Shown in pieces: positions 59,912 through 64,000 of a DNA stretch of 64,000 nucleotides (position 1 is the first letter of the stretch; each line of letters begins with the position of its first letter). The translations under genes and the position numbers were made by a program. A model generated the notes under the pieces. The model was not told the DNA's origin, searched no databases, and saw only the letters and a program-made list of their open reading frames with translations. Source of the stretch: a bacterium. GTDB lineage: Bacteria > RBG-13-61-14 > DATKZS01. The stretch spans positions 1,088,001-1,152,000 of the forward strand of contig CAXXFL010000006.1 in NCBI GenBank assembly GCA_963674965.2, given 5' to 3'.

Positions 59912-61536
59912 AATTTGTCCTTTTTTAGCGATTGGGACGACAATCTTCTCAACAGTTCCAGTTCGCGCCAGGGCATTCCCCATTCGTAATCAGCGTTTCT
60001 TAAAATATCGTCAACGTTCATCCTCAGTTCCACGGCGGATTGCGTTCCCGGTTGATAAGAAAGGGCTCGGTCGAGGCAGAGTCTGGATCGTTCAAACCTT
60101 CCAAGAAAGGCGTTTAGCGAGGCGCTGGTAAAATATGAGCCATAAAGATAGTCGTCCGGGAAGGATTCCTCATATTTATCGGCGGCTTCCCTTGCCCTTC
60201 TTCGCCACGCCGGGTGAGCGGCTACCATTTTTTCCTCCACCATGATTTCAAGTAACGATTCGGCTATTATTCTGTGACCCATGTGGGTGGGATGCACGTT
60301 GTCAACGAACAAGTCGTCGCCCGGCACTCCATCCCGGGAATGCAATCTAAAAACAGTCTCAATATCGGAGACTGGAGTATTTAACTCTTTTCCCTTTCGA
60401 ACTACTATATCATTCAGGTCCTTGCCGGCCCTGTCCCGGTTTACGTCAAGGTAGGCGGCGTCGCGAAAAAAATTGTACGCGCCGTCGGTATCGCCGCTTA
60501 TCAGCGAGACGTGTCCCAGATAATAATTTAATTCGGCCGATTCGGGGTCCGTTCTATATGCTTGCATCAGGGCATTTTGGGCCAGATTGTAGTCGCCCTC
60601 TTTAAAGGCTTTCTTTCCCTCATCCACCAGGCGAGTAAAAACACCCGTCTTGTCTTCATGCAATTCCGATCCATGATATGAACCCGTTGGCTCGAAGTCT
60701 TTCAGGTTTGAAGCCACCGTGCAAATGATTACCTTCGATCCTCTTTGACGAGCCTCGGATATCATGGCGCCTATTAGTTCCTCATATCGGCGTCTGATGA
60801 CGGCGGCGTTCTTCCTGTCCCAATCATTATATTTAATTTTTTGGTAATATTTCACGGCGTGCTTTTTCATATCCTCCTGGTTGGGACTGAATATGGCCTC
60901 TTCATTACCTTGCTTCCAGGAGAATATTTTATGCGTCAAGATGACAAGCCTTAGATCCCTGAGGCGTCTTTGGATTCGCGGCATCCAGGAAGAGCGGGTG
61001 GATGACGTTTGCGCGCGATGATAAAAAAACTCGTTATTTCCCGAATAGATTATAACGAGGTCTGGATCGAGAAATAAAACCTCTCGTTCAACTTCCAAAA
61101 CAAGAGAAGCTGGGAAACCGGCTTGACCGCAATTTATCGTCTCAAAGGTGAAACCACTTTGGATATCTTTCAACATGGCGTGCAGCCACCCGAGAAAAGC
61201 GCCGGGGTTTCCAAAGGAATAACCGTTGGCCGTGCTTCCTCCCACGCATACTATTCTAAACGTGCCCGGGGGTTTTTCCTCTTTGACTCGAAAATTATGT
61301 CCCCATGGCCGATAGTATCGCGTTGGTTCATAATAAGCCTCTCCATCTATCGTCACCCTTTGCAGATAAGGAAGACCCGCGGGGTTTTTTTTCAGTCCAT
61401 ATTCCGATTCAATAAAGTCAAACTTCAAAAAAAACAAGGATATTTCCAAGGCCGCGGGAATTGATAAGAGTATTAGCAATGCCAGAAGACTGAAAAGAAC
61501 GCGATTTTTCAAGCTTGATTTTTTTTCGGGGGACAT
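59908..61536 (-). CDS. Membrane-anchored SGNH/GDSL hydrolase with TPR insertion (paralog of 56386..57999)
   Basis: CVGGSTANG, INCG, GNNE, DNVHP; same architecture. Confidence 0.8.
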   Translation of the reverse strand: MSPEKKSSLKNRVLFSLLALLILLSIPAALEISLFFLKFDFIESEYGLKKNPAGLPYLQRVTIDGEAYYEPTRYYRPWGHNFRVKEEKPPGTFRIVCVGGSTANGYSFGNPGAFLGWLHAMLKDIQSGFTFETINCGQAGFPASLVLEVEREVLFLDPDLVIIYSGNNEFFYHRAQTSSTRSSWMPRIQRRLRDLRLVILTHKIFSWKQGNEEAIFSPNQEDMKKHAVKYYQKIKYNDWDRKNAAVIRRRYEELIGAMISEARQRGSKVIICTVASNLKDFEPTGSYHGSELHEDKTGVFTRLVDEGKKAFKEGDYNLAQNALMQAYRTDPESAELNYYLGHVSLISGDTDGAYNFFRDAAYLDVNRDRAGKDLNDIVVRKGKELNTPVSDIETVFRLHSRDGVPGDDLFVDNVHPTHMGHRIIAESLLEIMVEEKMVAAHPAWRRRAREAADKYEESFPDDYLYGSYFTSASLNAFLGRFERSRLCLDRALSYQPGTQSAVELRMNVDDILRNADYEWGMPWRELELLRRLSSQSLKKDKL

Positions 61537-61548
61537 ATCCGATTATCT

Positions 61549-62346
61549 CTAAAGTCTGTCGGCGAAACCCGGCGCCAGTCGAGCCATGACCCTGGCGCCG
61601 GCCATGGCCGACAGGACGGCGCAAAAGACCATCGCCGCGAGGGACGTCCAGTCCGGCCACAGGCCCTCGAGCAGGACGGCCCGGTAAGACTCGACGAAAT
61701 GAGTGAAGGGGTTGAGGTAGATCAATACCCGAAAGCCGCCGGGCACGAGCTCGGCCGGATAGAAAATGGGCGTTCCGTACATCCATACCAGGAGCAGGAC
61801 CGGAAGAACGTGTATAAGGTCCCGAAGGTATACCGAGACCGAGCCGATTATCATGGAAAGACCGACGGTGAAGACCAGTTGCAAAAGCACGATGACCGGT
61901 AGAATAATCATCGAGTCCGAGGGGCCGGGCAAGGTGACGGAGGAGATAAGACCCAATACAAGCATGCCCATGAACTGGCCCAGGAGCGCGCTGACGGCGG
62001 GGAAGGTCAAAAGCACGGAAAGGGGAAACCTGGCCCGGGTGACCAGGTTCTTGTTCTCCAGGACTACCGTTCCCGCCCGGGCGAGGGCCTCCTGGAAGGC
62101 CAGCCAGGGCAGGATACCGCAAAGGATGTAAAGAGCGCTGACTCCCAGCTCCGGCCTGCCTCCGAACCGGGCCTTGAAAACCACGGCAAAGATGAAAGTG
62201 AACACCAACAGCAAAAGCAGTGGATTGACGATCGTCCAGAAAGCGCCCATCAGGCTCCCAACATACTTGGACCTGAAGTCCCGGGCCGTCATGGTCCAGA
62301 GCAGGCCCGGGTGGGCGAGCAACTCTCGATATGGGTCGCTTTGCAT
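61549..62346 (-). CDS. wzm: ABC-2 polysaccharide export permease (Wzm-like)
   Basis: RDFRSKYVGS..G.FW...NPL, RDL, TPIFYP, LNP motifs. Confidence 0.85.
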   Translation of the reverse strand: MQSDPYRELLAHPGLLWTMTARDFRSKYVGSLMGAFWTIVNPLLLLLVFTFIFAVVFKARFGGRPELGVSALYILCGILPWLAFQEALARAGTVVLENKNLVTRARFPLSVLLTFPAVSALLGQFMGMLVLGLISSVTLPGPSDSMIILPVIVLLQLVFTVGLSMIIGSVSVYLRDLIHVLPVLLLVWMYGTPIFYPAELVPGGFRVLIYLNPFTHFVESYRAVLLEGLWPDWTSLAAMVFCAVLSAMAGARVMARLAPGFADRL

Positions 62347-62449
62347 GGAAAGAGTTTATCACCATTACCGGCATTATTTCAAAAGGTTGGCCGGCCCGCT
62401 CCTTGTGGTAGAATCGACGGACCGGTGCAAAACGTTAAAGCCTAAAATC

Positions 62450-64000
62450 ATGGAAGACAAAAGTAAAAAGATATTGAAATCGATCGAAAGGGGGGGGGAG
62501 TTCCTGGCGGCCCGGTCCCTTCTTCGGGATTTCATCGTGCTTGCCTTCTTGACGGCCCTCTTTTTCCACCGGGCCTTTCCTGGGGATTTTATCTGGCGCG
62601 ACGCTTATCACGAGTATTACGTTCTGCGCTTGATAATTGACCGGGCTGGGGGCTTTCCCCTCTGGAACCGTCACGTATATTGCGGGTCTCCCCTGGCCGG
62701 GGCCGTGTATCCAGGATTATGGTACCCGGTAAACCTGCTCCTGTTTACTCTCAGTCCACTTCCGGTCGGTTTGTCCTGCAAGCTTTTCATCATGATCCAC
62801 TTTCTGGCCGCCGGGGCGGGGCTTTCCTTTTTGGCTCGTAAAGCCGGCGTTAACGGCTCGTCCGCCCTTGTCGCGGGTCTGGCCTATGAGTTCTCTGGCT
62901 ACCTCGTATGCCAGCATTCGTCCATTAACCTGCTTCCCTCCTTTACTTTGGTCCCGCTGGCCATGGCTTTTATGGGAAAGGCCAGGTCGGGCGACGGCCT
63001 ACGCTGGGCCGCTCTGGCCGGGGTCTCGGCCGGTCTGACCTTTTTGGGGGGCGACCCGCAGGGGTTCGCGCTGGCCCTGGGCCTCGGGGCCTTATGGGCC
63101 ATATTCGCCTCGTCGGGTCATCCCGGCGCGGACATAGGCCGCCGTTTAACCTGGGGCCGATTGGCCCAGGCCGTCGCTCTGATGACCCTGTTCGCCCTCG
63201 CCATTGCCGCGATCGAATTCATCCCCGCTCTTTCCGTTCTGGCTCAGAGCGGAAGGGGAGGGGGGTTCGATATCGACGTGGCCGGGTGCTGGTCCTTCCA
63301 TCCCCTCCGGACCATCGAGTTCTTGCTGTCTCGTCCCTTTGGAGACTCCTTGGGGCTGGACAACTACTGGGGCGCTTTCCTGGGGGAGAAGTGCTTTCCC
63401 CTTCCTCTCACCATGTCGCCCTATCTGGGGGTCTGGACCTGTTTCGCCGCGGCATTGGCGTGGAGGTATCGCGAGGGCAAAGGGGACGGCGTCCTTTATT
63501 TCTTCTCCGCCCTTTTGGCGCTGGCCCTCCTGATGGCGGCCGGCCGGCATTCTCCCGTTTACCGCCTGGTTTTCGCTTCCCTGCCCGGCATGCATCTTTT
63601 AAGGTATCCGGAAAAATACCTTTTCGTGGCCGCTATCTCCTCGTCCATGCTGGCCGGGCTGGGAACGAAAAGGCTCCTTGCCCGCCGGAACGAGGCGAGG
63701 TCTCGATTCGCGTCTTTAGGCCCGCCTTTCCTGGCCCTCGCTTTAACGGTCCTGTTTGTACTGGCGTTGAAGATATTTGAAGTCGAGCTTCTCGGGCCGC
63801 TCGGCAATCTCCTTGCCAGGGGCGCGCCCGCCGAGGTCACCCCCGAAATGGCCCTCGCCGACGTCAAGCGGGCCGTCGTCTTTTTCGGTTTCATGATGGT
63901 GTTTTGCCTGATGATTTTCAACGCCGTAAAAGGCGGGGCCTCGAGGTGGCGCGGCGCTCTCATTATGTTATTTCTTTTCGCCGATCTTTATATCGCCAAT
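62450..64000 (+). CDS. YfhO-family membrane glycosyltransferase-like protein; runs off the window end and is absent from the ORF track
   Basis: Manual translation at several points gives one frame: RDAY, PLWN..YCG.P, YP, H..AG.G...AY.FSG, GGDPQ, RYPEK. Confidence 0.8.
   Translation, partial: MEDKSKKILKSIERGGEFLAARSLLRDFIVLAFLTALFFHRAFPGDFIWRDAYHEYYVLRLIIDRAGGFPLWNRHVYCGSPLAGAVYPGLWYPVNLLLFTLSPLPVGLSCKLFIMIHFLAAGAGLSFLARKAGVNGSSALVAGLAYEFSGYLVCQHSSINLLPSFTLVPLAMAFMGKARSGDGLRWAALAGVSAGLTFLGGDPQGFALALGLGALWAIFASSGHPGADIGRRLTWGRLAQAVALMTLFALAIAAIEFIPALSVLAQSGRGGGFDIDVAGCWSFHPLRTIEFLLSRPFGDSLGLDNYWGAFLGEKCFPLPLTMSPYLGVWTCFAAALAWRYREGKGDGVLYFFSALLALALLMAAGRHSPVYRLVFASLPGMHLLRYPEKYLFVAAISSSMLAGLGTKRLLARRNEARSRFASLGPPFLALALTVLFVLALKIFEVELLGPLGNLLARGAPAEVTPEMALADVKRAVVFFGFMMVFCLMIFNAVKGGASRWRGALIMLFLFADLYIAN

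Noticed and set aside
185-63963. Numerous overlapping or antisense ORFs in the track (e.g. 454..1455, 5907..7046, 14142..15149, 58142..59233, 63094..63780)
   Set aside because: They overlap well-supported genes, have Arg/Pro/Gly-rich shadow composition and show no domain motifs

Overview
GC-rich bacterial chromosomal window, probably an anaerobic or microaerophilic diderm with a deltaproteobacterial-like gene content (inference only). The backbone is housekeeping and metabolic. It includes a LutB-LutC fusion, a methyltransferase/GT2/GT4/B12-radical-SAM/cobO operon, an acyl-CoA mutase with isobutyryl-CoA-mutase signature residues, GH78, GH15-like and GH31 glycosidases, tRNA-Arg(TCT), an SSS symporter, a FadL-like porin, hisI, DAHP synthase, a hybrid PAS histidine kinase, asnS, cyaB, wzm and a YfhO-like gene. 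Between these lie AT-richer accessory genes, one ISNCY/IS5-like element with terminal repeats and a target duplication, an internally deleted IS630, several gene remnants and at least four families of palindromic REP-like repeats. The best-supported unannotated system is upstream of the DAHP synthase. It consists of a sigma70 promoter, an apparently leaderless 33-aa leader peptide with a Tyr-Tyr-Trp-Tyr-Phe-Phe cluster, a six-segment cascade of mutually exclusive helices and an intrinsic terminator, which together predict an attenuator sensing all three aromatic amino acids. Other leads are REPIN-like doublets that bracket accessory genes like cassettes, a secreted superoxide-reductase-like protein coupled to a tiny His-containing membrane protein, and a lipoprotein with an apparently swapped low-GC internal segment. 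All product calls come from motif recognition by eye; no database searches were run.
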